Of a stretch of DNA of 64,000 nucleotides, positions 38,957-50,078 are shown piece after piece. The number at the start of each line of letters is the position of its first letter. The first letter of the stretch is position 1. The stretch spans positions 3,410,001-3,474,000 of the forward strand of contig OZ176052.1 in assembly GCA_964247055.1 (NCBI GenBank). Direction: 5' to 3'. The position numbers and the translations under genes are program-made. The stretch comes from Paragordius varius. Its lineage: Eukaryota > Animalia > Nematomorpha. The notes beneath the pieces are model-generated. The model saw only the letters and a list, made by a program, of their open reading frames with translations, ran no database searches and was not told the DNA's origin.

Positions 38957-39204
38957 TTAGCGCCTGCCTACAAAACATTCATGTTAGTCATATCACAAGC
39001 ACTAAAAATTTGGAAAATTAATAAAAAGTAGAAATAAGAGAATGTAACTATTGTGAAACGCACTAGATTCACATTCTAGCCATGACAACAATTTAGCATT
39101 GCATTAATTTCACAATAGTTACATTCTTTCTACTTTTTATTAATTTTCCAAATTTTTAGTGCTTGTGATATGACTAACATGAATGTTTTGTAGGCAGGCG
39201 CTAA
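38957..39204. repeat. Near-perfect inverted repeat / young MITE-like hairpin
   Basis: Arms 38957-39058 and 39108-39204 are identical over 97 nt apart from one 5-nt indel (taaga); 49-nt loop. Confidence 0.93.
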
Positions 39205-39593
39205 GAAGCATCCATACAACTTCAATGTCTGATTAACAACATACTAAAATATTAGGCAGAGCTGTTTGGTTCATTTATATTTTAGCCATTTAATAGTCGT
39301 TGGACTCCGAAACATTTTTAAATTCTGCAATTATTGATCTTTCTCATCAGTACGGTATAACGCATACAAAAATTTGAATAAATGACTTATTATATGTAAA
39401 TATATCTAGTATTTTCATACAATATATTAATTTACTAAAGCTGAATAAAAATAATTAAAAAGTGCTTTTAAAAATATAAATATGTGTAAATTAAAGCCTA
39501 TGGGTATTGCACAAATATGTATGGTATGTTATCATAAAAGCAATTATAAAATGCAAGAATAAGTGGTCAATTCATATTAATAAAATAAAGTTA

Positions 39594-42500
39594 TTAAACT
39601 GAAGATAAATCATTCTTTATCATAATACTATTGAGGCATGTCGTTAAATTTTCAATCATATCCACCTCATTATCATTATTTTGATCTGTTGTGGAGCATG
39701 AAGGCAGAGTGGGATCATTTTGAACAACATATGTATTTTCTATCCCTACCTGACCATCTTCACTAATCTCAATTGGTGGTTGCAATGGTAAAAGTGGAGC
39801 CACGTTAAATGTTAATGGTGGTCTAACATTTTGGTCTGAATAATCCAAAGATTTTGATGTTGTATTGATTTTACTTATCTTTGAGGTTTCGTTCACATCC
39901 AGGCTTTTTAATGTGGATGGTTGGTTTTCACCAATTAAACTCATTTGTTTTCTAATTTTTTTGGTGTGTTTATTTAGTATTAAACTATTTATTTCTTTAA
40001 CTGTTACTGGGTTATTTTTTTCAACTTCTTCAGCATCATTCTCATCACTATCTGGTGATGAGGGTAAATACAAATTAGGACCATAATTAGTTTTTTCTTT
40101 GACAAAAGCATAAGGCTCCGTAATAGGAGCAGGGATTTGATTGTGTTCGCTATTGCTAACTTCGTTCGTCGCAGCACGGTTTGGAGAATTTTGATGCGAA
40201 TGAAATTTGATTGAGACATCAAATTGGCAAAAATTGTTTCTTAAATCAGTCATTGGTGCAACAATATTATTAAGTTTAATCTCAAGTGACTGAGGTCTAT
40301 TTAGTACGGAAACATTCATAGACGCAGGTAAGGATCTCTCGCTTATATTGTTAACGTTGCAATCTGCATGACATATTTCCAAATTAGATTTTGGTCTAGT
40401 ATCATTATTTTTTTCGATGATAGATGTGCAGGATTGGGGATTATGATTGGATGTCATTTCCCTCCGTTTTATCTCTTTTTGATATTCGATTCGAGACATT
40501 TCAAGCGCTCTTATCATATCTAGATGATATGTATCCTGAATTAAAAATCGCCGTTCATTACCCTTATTTATATTTTCTAATGCATTTGGATCTTTTAAAA
40601 CTTCAGATGTTTCATCAGTGTGATGATCAATTTCCTCAAGACCTTTTTCCATATCATCTTCAAACGAGCAAAATTGTGATGAGTTATATGAATTATTCTT
40701 TGCATCAAAAAAATGTTGCGTAGACTGTTGATGTATGGAAAAACATTTAAAACTACAAAATTCCTGTTTTACACCTGTTCGGGGATTATAAACGCGTTGT
40801 TTTGCGCAACTCTTTCGTTTGCACTTTTGGCTAGTTTTCGTGTCAATCGAGGATGCATTAATACCTACATGAGTATCATTCACAGGTTGTTGAGTCTTTT
40901 CTGGCTTAGGACTCTCTAACAATTCATCCTCTTCTTCCTCCTCTGGAGGAGATGGCCAATCGTACAGAGCAATAAGATTGGCATGACGACCAGTTTCATC
41001 TTTTACCCATAGACTCGAAGGATTTATGTAATTAAGGTGTGAGCGATGATACAGTGCATTCATATGGCGCTCATTATTGGCTATTGAATTGAGATAGTTA
41101 TTATAAAATAAACGATTTTTAACTTTGTTTGGTCCAACATTGTTGGGGGGCATTCGGCCAAAGGATTTGGTATCATTTTCACCGGTCAAATTGCCAGCAA
41201 ACATATCACATGCCATATCAAGTAATTCTTTAATACTGTAAGTATTAATATCTGAGTTGTCCAAAAAATTCAATATGTTTAACAGAGAAATGGGATCCTT
41301 TTGGATCGGATCCAACAGTCGTTGAGTATTCTTTTGTCGTTGTTCAGAATTCGCACCGCTCATAGATTTAAAAGAAGTAAAGCTCCCAAAACCGTTGGAA
41401 CCACCAACCCCTTTAGCAAGCCAATATTTGAGTGATTGCTTCAAACTTCCTCCATGCATTCTGGGAAAAGTTGAAAAGGCGGATAACGACCGTCGTCTAT
41501 TTTTATTTAGGGAGGTTGATAAACAATTACGATGTAGTGCACCACCATCTTTTTGAGCTATAGATCGAGAATAGATTAAAAAATCCGTTATATTTCGACG
41601 AATACGGAAATTGTCATCATCTCTCAATGTTTCCATATCTAATAGGTTAGGAAAGTGTTTTCGCCGAAATTTCTTTAACATAGGTGGTGTCTGAGGTTGA
41701 TACAAACCTATGTTAATAACATTATCTACTTTATCATTATTGTCACTTTTGCCTACTAGCTGGGGAATCATTGCAATGCCGTTGTAGGCATCTTTCATAG
41801 CTTCATCTACAAACGTTTTTCCAATCGCATTATTTCGTTTTCTTTCGTTAATAGTACGGTAAAAATTATTAAAATCCCAATCAAGTGAATTAATGAATTC
41901 ACGGCGTTTACGGTAAACTAAGTGTGTCATTTGTAAAATTTTCATTCGGCTACTGGAAAAATATGCACAATTGAGAAGTTTGGATAAATTTTCAGTACAT
42001 TCTTCCAACTCATTAAGTAGAAAATCAAAAATTGTTTTGTTAAATATATTAACGGGAGTGCTTGTTTTAATAGAATTTCCAAAATTATTTTCCCAATTAT
42101 TGGGTACAGTAGATTTCCCATTATTCGTAAGTGTCTTTACTGATATCTGCTCCTCAATCTCCGACATCATAAAATAGGCGTATACAGCGGAATACTTACA
42201 AACACGCCTAGCTTTAATTAATTGTCTATGACCGACAAGTAAAAACGATAAATTTAAAGATTCTTTGCAATGATATTTGGATATTATCGATTCCTTTTTC
42301 AAACCCAATAATGGTAAAGCTGATGTTGTAAAAAAATCTGTAAAAAGCACAGAGCCGTATTCATCAAAGAAATCTTGTATTCTTGCCATACGCTTGAGTA
42401 GAGATTGTAATAATCTACCTTGTTCAAATGTTAATTTGGTATCATGCTCACGATATTTGTTGTAATGCATAAGAAATGTATGCAATTTTGAAGTTCTAGC

Positions 42501-45500
42501 ATGATGCATCTTAACCAGTTCGATTGTTTGGTCAATATTCTTTTTGGCACGATTAACTGCTTCGACTCGCTGACATCTAAAATATCCACCAGTTGAGGTA
42601 CCGTGCTTTCTCCAAGCCTCAAGGCATACCCAACAAAAATCAAATTTACACTCATAACAACGTATATGATTACATCCTTCAACCTTTTGAATGGGACATC
42701 TACATTTAGGACACGGTTTACAATGAGTAGCCAGCCATAATTTATTGGCCACGCGTTCATATTCCTGTTCAGCTTCTTCGGCAGTCAAAAAATCATTCTC
42801 TGCACTTGACGGATTTTTCGGGTCTTGAATGTTCTTTGGTGCATTTGTTTGGTTTTTTTCGGAAATTTGCGATTCATTGACATCTCCTAGGACAAAACTG
42901 TTTTTTTCATCTTTTTCCTGGTGCTTTCGTCCATGGCGCTTACTAATACCATTTTTAAACCTCCAAAGATTATGCGCGCTGTTAGATCTTAATGTTTTGA
43001 ATCGGGTAGAAATACGATTAAAATTATTGTTGCTAGTTGACATGTGTGATAACACCAACGTTTCTGGCAACAGAGATTTGCTTCTCTCGTATAATCTCTT
43101 CCTAGAGCGCTTAACTTGATTAGTTTTATCGTCTGCGTGAGCAATTATTCCATTGTTAGTAGACATTGCTACAATGTCCCGAGCAATATTTGCAAACGAT
43201 TTTCGTTTATTTACAGTTTTGGCCACTTTACAATTTAATTTATGCCCACGATCACCGTTTTCCTCGGGCAAATTTACGGTGGAGGAAGTAGATATTTGGG
43301 ACTTTTTGTTTAAATCTTTAACATGATCGAGGTTTATTTTGGTGGTATTAGGCATATTCGACTTTTCATTGGATGAACATGCTCGCATTATTTTTCGATT
43401 CCACTCTCTCAAAGCAGTACAAGAACATGGAGGATGTGCTTCACTGCCACACAACCAACAAAATTCGTGAAAATTTGTAAGATTAGCAATATATTCATCA
43501 GTCGTATATGGTAGATTTGAATATTCATTACATATACGATTTCCACCACAATCAACATCAAAAATTTGAATTGAATATACATGCATTCCAGGATCAATTT
43601 TAAAGCAAGCTCCAATTTGATTAAAATAGAGGTGACTAGAAGTTGTTATGTCATCGTCATCAGGATGTTTGAGAATTAATGCGTTATTTGATATGTTCGC
43701 TGTGTCTAGGATGTCCAGATCTGTTGACATTTTCCAACAATGTATTCTATCGGCGCTGGATGATAGTGAGAAATCTTTTGGAATTATATATGATTCATGT
43801 ATTTTTACCGATTGAGGGCAATCTGCAACTGGGCAAAATCGTATATACGGGTTACCAGTAACAAACGTTTGTAAATCGTATTGCAAATATTTTTTGGTCA
43901 AATCACGAGAAACAATTTTTTCTATAAAAGCTATTGGCACTAAATTATTACATTCATATGCCGGACATAGTATCATGTTAACTTTACCCTCTTGAATTTG
44001 CAGCGTAAGATAAGTTTCCCAACATGTCCGACAAAACAAATGCCAACAATCCATTTTTGGTTTAACAATTTTGGCTTTGGTATCGGGCCTCACATCTTTA
44101 TTAAATGCAATAGATGTAGTAGGATATGATGCTGCTCCGTCTTGTATATTTTGAGCTTGTTCACCAAGTTCGGTTAAGATTTCATCACATATACCACATT
44201 TTGGAGATGGTCCCTGTTTCATTATTGTAGGCTGGAATGAAGTGGTACAAGAGTCAAACATACAATTATTTGTTAATGTGGAATTCTTGTCATAATAATT
44301 GGTAGGGGATGTGGTTGATGATGGTGGAGATTGTACACCCGACATTTGGCAACAGGCACGACTATCGCATGTCCATGATTTGAGAAGTTTGCTTTTGGAC
44401 CAATCATGAGCCCGTAACAAGCCCTCTGCTGTAAATAACGGAACATTTAGCATATCAGCCGTACTTACTATAAGGGTATCCTTTACTTCTTGTAGATCTG
44501 TGCGAGTAAGCGCCTTATAACATTCATCAAACGTTAGACGCGACAATTCTTTTTCAATCAAATCGTCCTGCTCCTCGGCCATATAAACCAAATGGAATTC
44601 AATGTATTTAACTAGGCGTTCATTTCCACTTTCCCAAGCAAGGTCTAAACACGAAGCATATACACGTGATATGTTATTACGTCTGTTATAGTATTGTTGC
44701 TCATAAATACCTCCCCCGCCCATAAAACTATTTCGTCCACCATTATTATACAAATCTTGTGAAGTGTATGAAACACGCTCACGCAATGTCCTAACTAATG
44801 CACGTGTTAAGGGCTGTGAGCCCCAACGTTCAAGGAGGTATTTGAACAAAGCAAAGTTTCCAGCTCTAGCAACGTAATGTAATGCTGTCCACCCCTTGGT
44901 ATCTTTGAGGCACAAGAAGTTGGCAGGAGCCCATGGATTATATGTTTTGTAGTAGCTTGTTAGCAGTGGCGCATAAAAATCGTATCCTGGTTTCAAATTG
45001 CTATTATCTGGATCAACCTGTTGAAAATCATCACCGTTACCCTTACAAACAACCGTGTCACTATTTTTTAAAAGAGGTTCTTTTTCTTTAGCTAATTTGT
45101 CTGTATAATCTGATGAAGTACATGCCTCGTTGTTTGTTAATAAAAAGTTCTCATCCGTATCCATATTATCATCAATGGAGGTTTGAGATTTAGGGATCGA
45201 AACACCATTAGAATTTAATGTTTCATCCAATCGCGATACATAGGATTTTGTATGAAGTGAACATAATTCCTCTAATTTATTATACAATATTTGGCAACAT
45301 AATATTCGTTTTTGAGTTTCGGTGATTCGATTTGTTGTGTCCTGCGTGAATTCAACATCAACGCTTGGATATTCGTAATTGCTATCAAAATTGGAGGGTT
45401 CACAGACTGCATGTAGAACTGACTGTGATTTATCATTTTTTATGGATATATCACATCTGGAATCATTAACAAACATTTGAACAAAATATGGCATGCCATG

Positions 45501-45665
45501 CTTTAAAGCTATATGCAAAGGAGTATCATGGCAATACGAATCGATCAAAGGTAAACTTGGATCAAGTAATTTTTGGATGTCAGTGGAATTTTTAAAAAGA
45601 TTTATGGCCAGTTTTTCATCTCCGGATAGTAAATATTTTTGAAATTTACTAGATTGATTTCCCAT
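39594..45665 (-). CDS. ANKIB1: Ankyrin repeat and IBR domain-containing RBR E3 ubiquitin ligase, 2023 aa, single ORF
   Basis: MGNQSSKF N-terminus, ankyrin repeats (DTPLHIALKHG, GWTALHYVARAG), TADMLNVPLFTAEGLLRAHDWS, RING1, IBR, RING2 CKPCPKCRCPIQKVEGCNHIRC with catalytic Cys, Ariadne-like region and UIM-like DMIRALEMSRIEY. Confidence 0.95.
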   Translation of the reverse strand: MGNQSSKFQKYLLSGDEKLAINLFKNSTDIQKLLDPSLPLIDSYCHDTPLHIALKHGMPYFVQMFVNDSRCDISIKNDKSQSVLHAVCEPSNFDSNYEYPSVDVEFTQDTTNRITETQKRILCCQILYNKLEELCSLHTKSYVSRLDETLNSNGVSIPKSQTSIDDNMDTDENFLLTNNEACTSSDYTDKLAKEKEPLLKNSDTVVCKGNGDDFQQVDPDNSNLKPGYDFYAPLLTSYYKTYNPWAPANFLCLKDTKGWTALHYVARAGNFALFKYLLERWGSQPLTRALVRTLRERVSYTSQDLYNNGGRNSFMGGGGIYEQQYYNRRNNISRVYASCLDLAWESGNERLVKYIEFHLVYMAEEQDDLIEKELSRLTFDECYKALTRTDLQEVKDTLIVSTADMLNVPLFTAEGLLRAHDWSKSKLLKSWTCDSRACCQMSGVQSPPSSTTSPTNYYDKNSTLTNNCMFDSCTTSFQPTIMKQGPSPKCGICDEILTELGEQAQNIQDGAASYPTTSIAFNKDVRPDTKAKIVKPKMDCWHLFCRTCWETYLTLQIQEGKVNMILCPAYECNNLVPIAFIEKIVSRDLTKKYLQYDLQTFVTGNPYIRFCPVADCPQSVKIHESYIIPKDFSLSSSADRIHCWKMSTDLDILDTANISNNALILKHPDDDDITTSSHLYFNQIGACFKIDPGMHVYSIQIFDVDCGGNRICNEYSNLPYTTDEYIANLTNFHEFCWLCGSEAHPPCSCTALREWNRKIMRACSSNEKSNMPNTTKINLDHVKDLNKKSQISTSSTVNLPEENGDRGHKLNCKVAKTVNKRKSFANIARDIVAMSTNNGIIAHADDKTNQVKRSRKRLYERSKSLLPETLVLSHMSTSNNNFNRISTRFKTLRSNSAHNLWRFKNGISKRHGRKHQEKDEKNSFVLGDVNESQISEKNQTNAPKNIQDPKNPSSAENDFLTAEEAEQEYERVANKLWLATHCKPCPKCRCPIQKVEGCNHIRCYECKFDFCWVCLEAWRKHGTSTGGYFRCQRVEAVNRAKKNIDQTIELVKMHHARTSKLHTFLMHYNKYREHDTKLTFEQGRLLQSLLKRMARIQDFFDEYGSVLFTDFFTTSALPLLGLKKESIISKYHCKESLNLSFLLVGHRQLIKARRVCKYSAVYAYFMMSEIEEQISVKTLTNNGKSTVPNNWENNFGNSIKTSTPVNIFNKTIFDFLLNELEECTENLSKLLNCAYFSSSRMKILQMTHLVYRKRREFINSLDWDFNNFYRTINERKRNNAIGKTFVDEAMKDAYNGIAMIPQLVGKSDNNDKVDNVINIGLYQPQTPPMLKKFRRKHFPNLLDMETLRDDDNFRIRRNITDFLIYSRSIAQKDGGALHRNCLSTSLNKNRRRSLSAFSTFPRMHGGSLKQSLKYWLAKGVGGSNGFGSFTSFKSMSGANSEQRQKNTQRLLDPIQKDPISLLNILNFLDNSDINTYSIKELLDMACDMFAGNLTGENDTKSFGRMPPNNVGPNKVKNRLFYNNYLNSIANNERHMNALYHRSHLNYINPSSLWVKDETGRHANLIALYDWPSPPEEEEEDELLESPKPEKTQQPVNDTHVGINASSIDTKTSQKCKRKSCAKQRVYNPRTGVKQEFCSFKCFSIHQQSTQHFFDAKNNSYNSSQFCSFEDDMEKGLEEIDHHTDETSEVLKDPNALENINKGNERRFLIQDTYHLDMIRALEMSRIEYQKEIKRREMTSNHNPQSCTSIIEKNNDTRPKSNLEICHADCNVNNISERSLPASMNVSVLNRPQSLEIKLNNIVAPMTDLRNNFCQFDVSIKFHSHQNSPNRAATNEVSNSEHNQIPAPITEPYAFVKEKTNYGPNLYLPSSPDSDENDAEEVEKNNPVTVKEINSLILNKHTKKIRKQMSLIGENQPSTLKSLDVNETSKISKINTTSKSLDYSDQNVRPPLTFNVAPLLPLQPPIEISEDGQVGIENTYVVQNDPTLPSCSTTDQNNDNEVDMIENLTTCLNSIMIKNDLSSV

Positions 45666-45764
45666 AGGAAGAAACTTATAATATTATAAACCACATCGGT
45701 ATTCAGAAAATCGATTTTTTGAAAAAATTTAAAAGCATGTGATAAAAAAAGATATTATGCTAAA
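45666..45764. promoter_or_regulatory. 99-bp head-to-head gap between ANKIB1 and SelT start codons
   Basis: ATG at 45665 (-) and ATG at 45765 (+). Confidence 0.65.
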
Positions 45765-46701
45765 ATGAGCTCTAACATATGTACCTTGCTCCTTTTGCTT
45801 GTATTATCTCTATATCTGGATATTTATGATGAAAACAGTGATCCTATTGATATAAAGGAAGTGCAATATCCCAAAAATACTCTGAAAATTGAATATTGGT
45901 AATTACATTATTAATTTTAGCTCTTCTTGAGGATACAAAAAAACTTTTCAACAAATTGGAAATGTCTTGTTGCAAAAATATCCTGAATTTAATATCATCG
46001 GTGAAATATACCCTCCCAATCCTCTCAAAAAATATTTGGCGCAAATACTAAATATAGCAAAATTATCACTTATAGCTATGATCGTTCTCAATATAAATCC
46101 TTTTAATATGCTTAATATATCCACTCCATCCATTTATAACTGCATGTTAGAATCCAAAGTATCATATTTATCAAAAATACATCTTTATATTATATAAAAT
46201 AGTCTAATTGTTTTAACTTTATAATTATTTTTGGGAATAGGGTTACTTTTGTTTGATGCTATTTTTCATTTCAAATGCTATTGAGTCACAACTAATTTCA
46301 ACTGGTGCTTTCGAAGTTTCAATAGATGGTAATTTAATATTTTTTTATTGTCATAAAACTTGATGCGGTGAAATGTTTTTTAATTTATATTTTACACGAT
46401 AGTTTTTATTACTTTCAATCAGCAAACAACTTTGAGTTAATATGTTTTACGCGGTCACGAGCCCGCGTACCGGTTAGACCTAATTTTATTTATAATTCCA
46501 GATTTATGAGAATTTTTTTTTACATATAACAAATGTTTTTATATCTTTTTAAAACTTAATATATATCTTCTATGATCCTATTTTATCAGCCTGTTTTTTT
46601 CAGGTCAAATACTTTGGTCAAAACTTGAAACTGGCTACATTCCAGAAATACCACATCTTCTCCACATATTGGATTCTTACATTGGTTCAAGAAAATTCTA
46701 G
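45765..46701 (+). CDS. SELENOT: Selenoprotein T (Rdx family), 185 aa, exons 45765-45898, 45921-46158, 46241-46328, 46604-46701; Sec UGA at 45928-45930
   Basis: Signal-peptide-like N-terminus; LKIEYC-S-S-U-GYKKTF (CxxU); IIGEIYPP; STGAFEVSIDG; LWSKLETGYIP. Phases are consistent and a SECIS lies downstream. Confidence 0.93.
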
Positions 46702-46720
46702 TTTTCAAATCATGTAAATA

Positions 46721-46791
46721 TTTCCCCTTACATTTATGAAGATTAGTGCCTCAAAATTGTCATGGCATTAATTGGAACATTTTAGGGGAAA
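46721..46791 (+). promoter_or_regulatory. SECIS element in the SelT 3' UTR
   Basis: Helix I tttcccct/aggggaaa; core AUGAA (46736-46740) opposite GGAA (46774-46777); helix II gattagtgcc/ggcattaatt; apical loop with unpaired AAA 12 nt after the core. Confidence 0.9.
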
Positions 46792-48069
46792 GAAGTGAAT
46801 ATATCTCAAATATATAATTTTCAAAATTTATTAATTGTTTATAATTATTGTCACAACTATAAAAATGTTGCAATTGTCATTTTTATTTCTATATATTGTA
46901 TAAATAATACTAGTTATTTTCGCCTCGTTGCTTCCAGTTTGATTTTTGAATTATATAATTATACTATAACATCAGAATAATCAGTAAGATATTATAATTT
47001 CAATATGTAAAAATTAAAAAGAAAAGTCTCAATTACCAAAAAGTTTCATAACAAAGTTTATTGGATAATTATAATAATCAAACGTTATCTCTACATCTCT
47101 TTATTTAATGGTCACATAATATACATGTTTAAATAAAAATGAGGTATATCACCCGATAGCCTTTCTTTTCTTACTATCATTAAAATCGCGGGTAAATTTT
47201 GACAAAATTCAAAATGGATCTCAGCTATCCCTTTTTTATATAGAATGAAACACGAGGCTATCGTTGGATATAAAAGGGAGATCGAATACTAACTAAGTGG
47301 TGACAAATGTTAAAAAATGATAATTTGATGTGGAAACAATAATCACACATTGGAATTCGGTATGAAGGATTTGGTTATGTTGAATTGTAAAATTTTCCAA
47401 GTAGTTAACGTTTGAATTACTTTTCATTTCTTCATTTAGGGACAAAAATATACTTTTTTAATTTTCTATGGATAGTGATATCGCCAGCTTCCATTAACCG
47501 AAAAAAACTTGCGGGGCAGGTTGCACATAAAAAAAATAACTCCAAAAAACTGATTTTAGGTAGTGAGTTGTTATATATACAAAATAACTAAAAATTTGCA
47601 TTTAAAAAGTTACTAAACATAGAAAGTTTGTGTTTCAGTAAGCTTCGAGCGTCTATAATGCAAAAATAATATTTTTTAACATGAGTCTATCATATAATAG
47701 TTTATATAGGTTTCAAAATGTGAAAAAATAAAAAGTTAACAATTTTGTCAAAGGTTTTTTACACAGCAGCTACATAACCTTTTGTATGTTTGGTGGTTGC
47801 AAAACCAAAATAACCATCTAAATCCCGATTAAAAATATTTTTTGTGTGCAGTATGCCATGCATTATCTTAAAATCCGCTTCCTCATTTTGCACAAATTTT
47901 TTTTGAAAAATTGTGCCAAATATTTTCTATCTCTATTCTAATCAATATAAGTTTACCGCAAAACCTCGGCACATGTTTGTATATAACCACTAGTCCATTT
48001 TGTGAGGGGTGCAATTTTTTTTCGGAGCCCACATGATATCCATATTGCTTTTTAGTTATATTGATGATT

Positions 48070-50078
48070 TTAACACTTCGACTCAGAATGGGGCATCTAA
48101 ATACCCCAGACTAAATTTGATTTAGGATTTTTAGAAAACTACTAAATAAAACGGTCCCTATTTAATTTTATGCTTCTATCCTAATAAAAATTATATGCCA
48201 AAATATCTAGAAAGTTTGTTTTGAGAAAAGTACCATGTCAAACTACTTTGACGCTATTTTTACAAAATTTTTGAAAAATATCGTCTTCATTTAATTTTAA
48301 GAGTAAATTTAAGGCTAATTTTTTATTAAACATTGATACAAATAGAAAAAGCGGTTTATTTTGTATTATTTTTTAATTTAACCATTGCACACATGTCACG
48401 TTGACCAAATTTTTATTTTTCGGTTTTAGTTTAAATAAGGAATATCAAGTATTTTTGAATAAAGTTATTTATATATTTTGGTTTATTAAAGTGCAAAATT
48501 TTGCCATGGTTTCGATTCCTTCTATATTTTTTAAGAATTTTTTAAACAGCCCTGGGGTATTTAATTACCCCAATTTTATTCGGAGGACTGAAATAAATGT
48601 GTTGTATCCAAGTGTTAATGGAGGCATTCACAAAAATTTATTTATCTAACATAAATCCGCTAATTATGCGATTTTTGGTGAAGCGATAAGCATTGTATAA
48701 TTTTTATGAAATCTTAAACTAATAATAAATGCACCATAATGATACAATAATTTATGTATATATATTAAAATTTTTTTATCCACCTCCGATTTTGTTCACT
48801 GTGAACAGTATAATCCTTTCACTCTTCACTCATAAAATACTTGAATATTTTTTGGTTAAAATCTCATGTGCATTTGATGTTTACAATTGTGGGGTTAATA
48901 TAAAAATATCGAAAAATTTGCACTTTATGTTATATAAAATTATAGTGAAATCTAAATTCATATCCAAAAATTTGACTAAAAAACAAGTTTTTATAAATTT
49001 TAGATGTCGAATATATCAAATATTTGGATCTGTCTAAAATGGTTGTAATAAACGCAAATGGTATTGCGCGATATTTATTTAAAATTTATGCTAAACTCAT
49101 CAATAAATGTTTTTCAGAAAAATTCAATATTTTTCTTAAAAATGTAAAATTTTGGTGAAGCGAGTTTTATGGTATTATGAAGCATGTAGAACAGTATATA
49201 TTATAAGATTTTATTAAATCCTTTTCTATATGATGCTGAATATATCTATCTTCTCAGATTTTACAGATTTATGTTAAATTTAAGTTATACATTTCCTAAT
49301 CAAACAAACATTTTCCCAGTCAGTTTTCCCAACCAATGAAACAATTTCTCAGTCTATTGAAACATTTTCCCCGTTAAAAACGGTTTTTTAGGATAAATAT
49401 CAAAACAAGGCATAAAAATAACTTTTAACCATTAAACATATTAAAAGAATATTATTTTTTAGATATCACAAATTTTGAATGACAATTTTGTAATTATATG
49501 CCAATTACACAATCATTAACACTTAGATCAACAAATTCATATTATTCCTTTGATTCATATCGAGGTAGTTAAATACCCCAGGCCTGTTAAAAATTAAATT
49601 CTTTAAAAAATATGGAATTAAAACCATGGCAAAATTTTGCACTTATATAACATTAAACCGAAATATATAAAAAAAATTATTCAAAAATACTTGATATTGC
49701 TTATTTTAAGCTAAAACCGAAAGGAAAAAATTTAGTCAACGTGACATTTCTGCAATGGTAAAATTGAAAAATAATACAAAATAAACCGCTTTTTCTATTT
49801 CTTAATGTTAGATGTAATTTATATAAAATTTAGCTTTAATTTTAAACTTAAAATTAAATGCAGCCGATATTTTGCAAAATTTTTTTAAAAATGTCGAAGT
49901 AGTTTGACATGGAACTTTTTTTTAAAACAAAATTTTATTTAGATATTTTGGCCTATTTATATAATATTTATTACGATTGAAGCATTAATAATTAGGACCG
50001 TTTCCTTCAGTAGTTTTTTAAGAATACCTAATCAAATTTAGTCTTGGGTATTTAGATCCTCAATAATCGAAAAGTTAA
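48070..50078. mobile_element. Two inverted, diverged copies of an about 500-bp element 1 kb apart (or one foldback element)
   Basis: 48070-48571 aligns to the reverse complement of 49561-50078 throughout. Each arm is bounded by taaataccccag / ctggggtattta-like inverted ends. Confidence 0.8.

Noticed and set aside
46446-46478. GC hairpin tacgcgg/ccgcgta in SelT intron 3 as a Helitron end
   Set aside because: Followed by TTAG|A rather than CTRR|T; no 5' end found.
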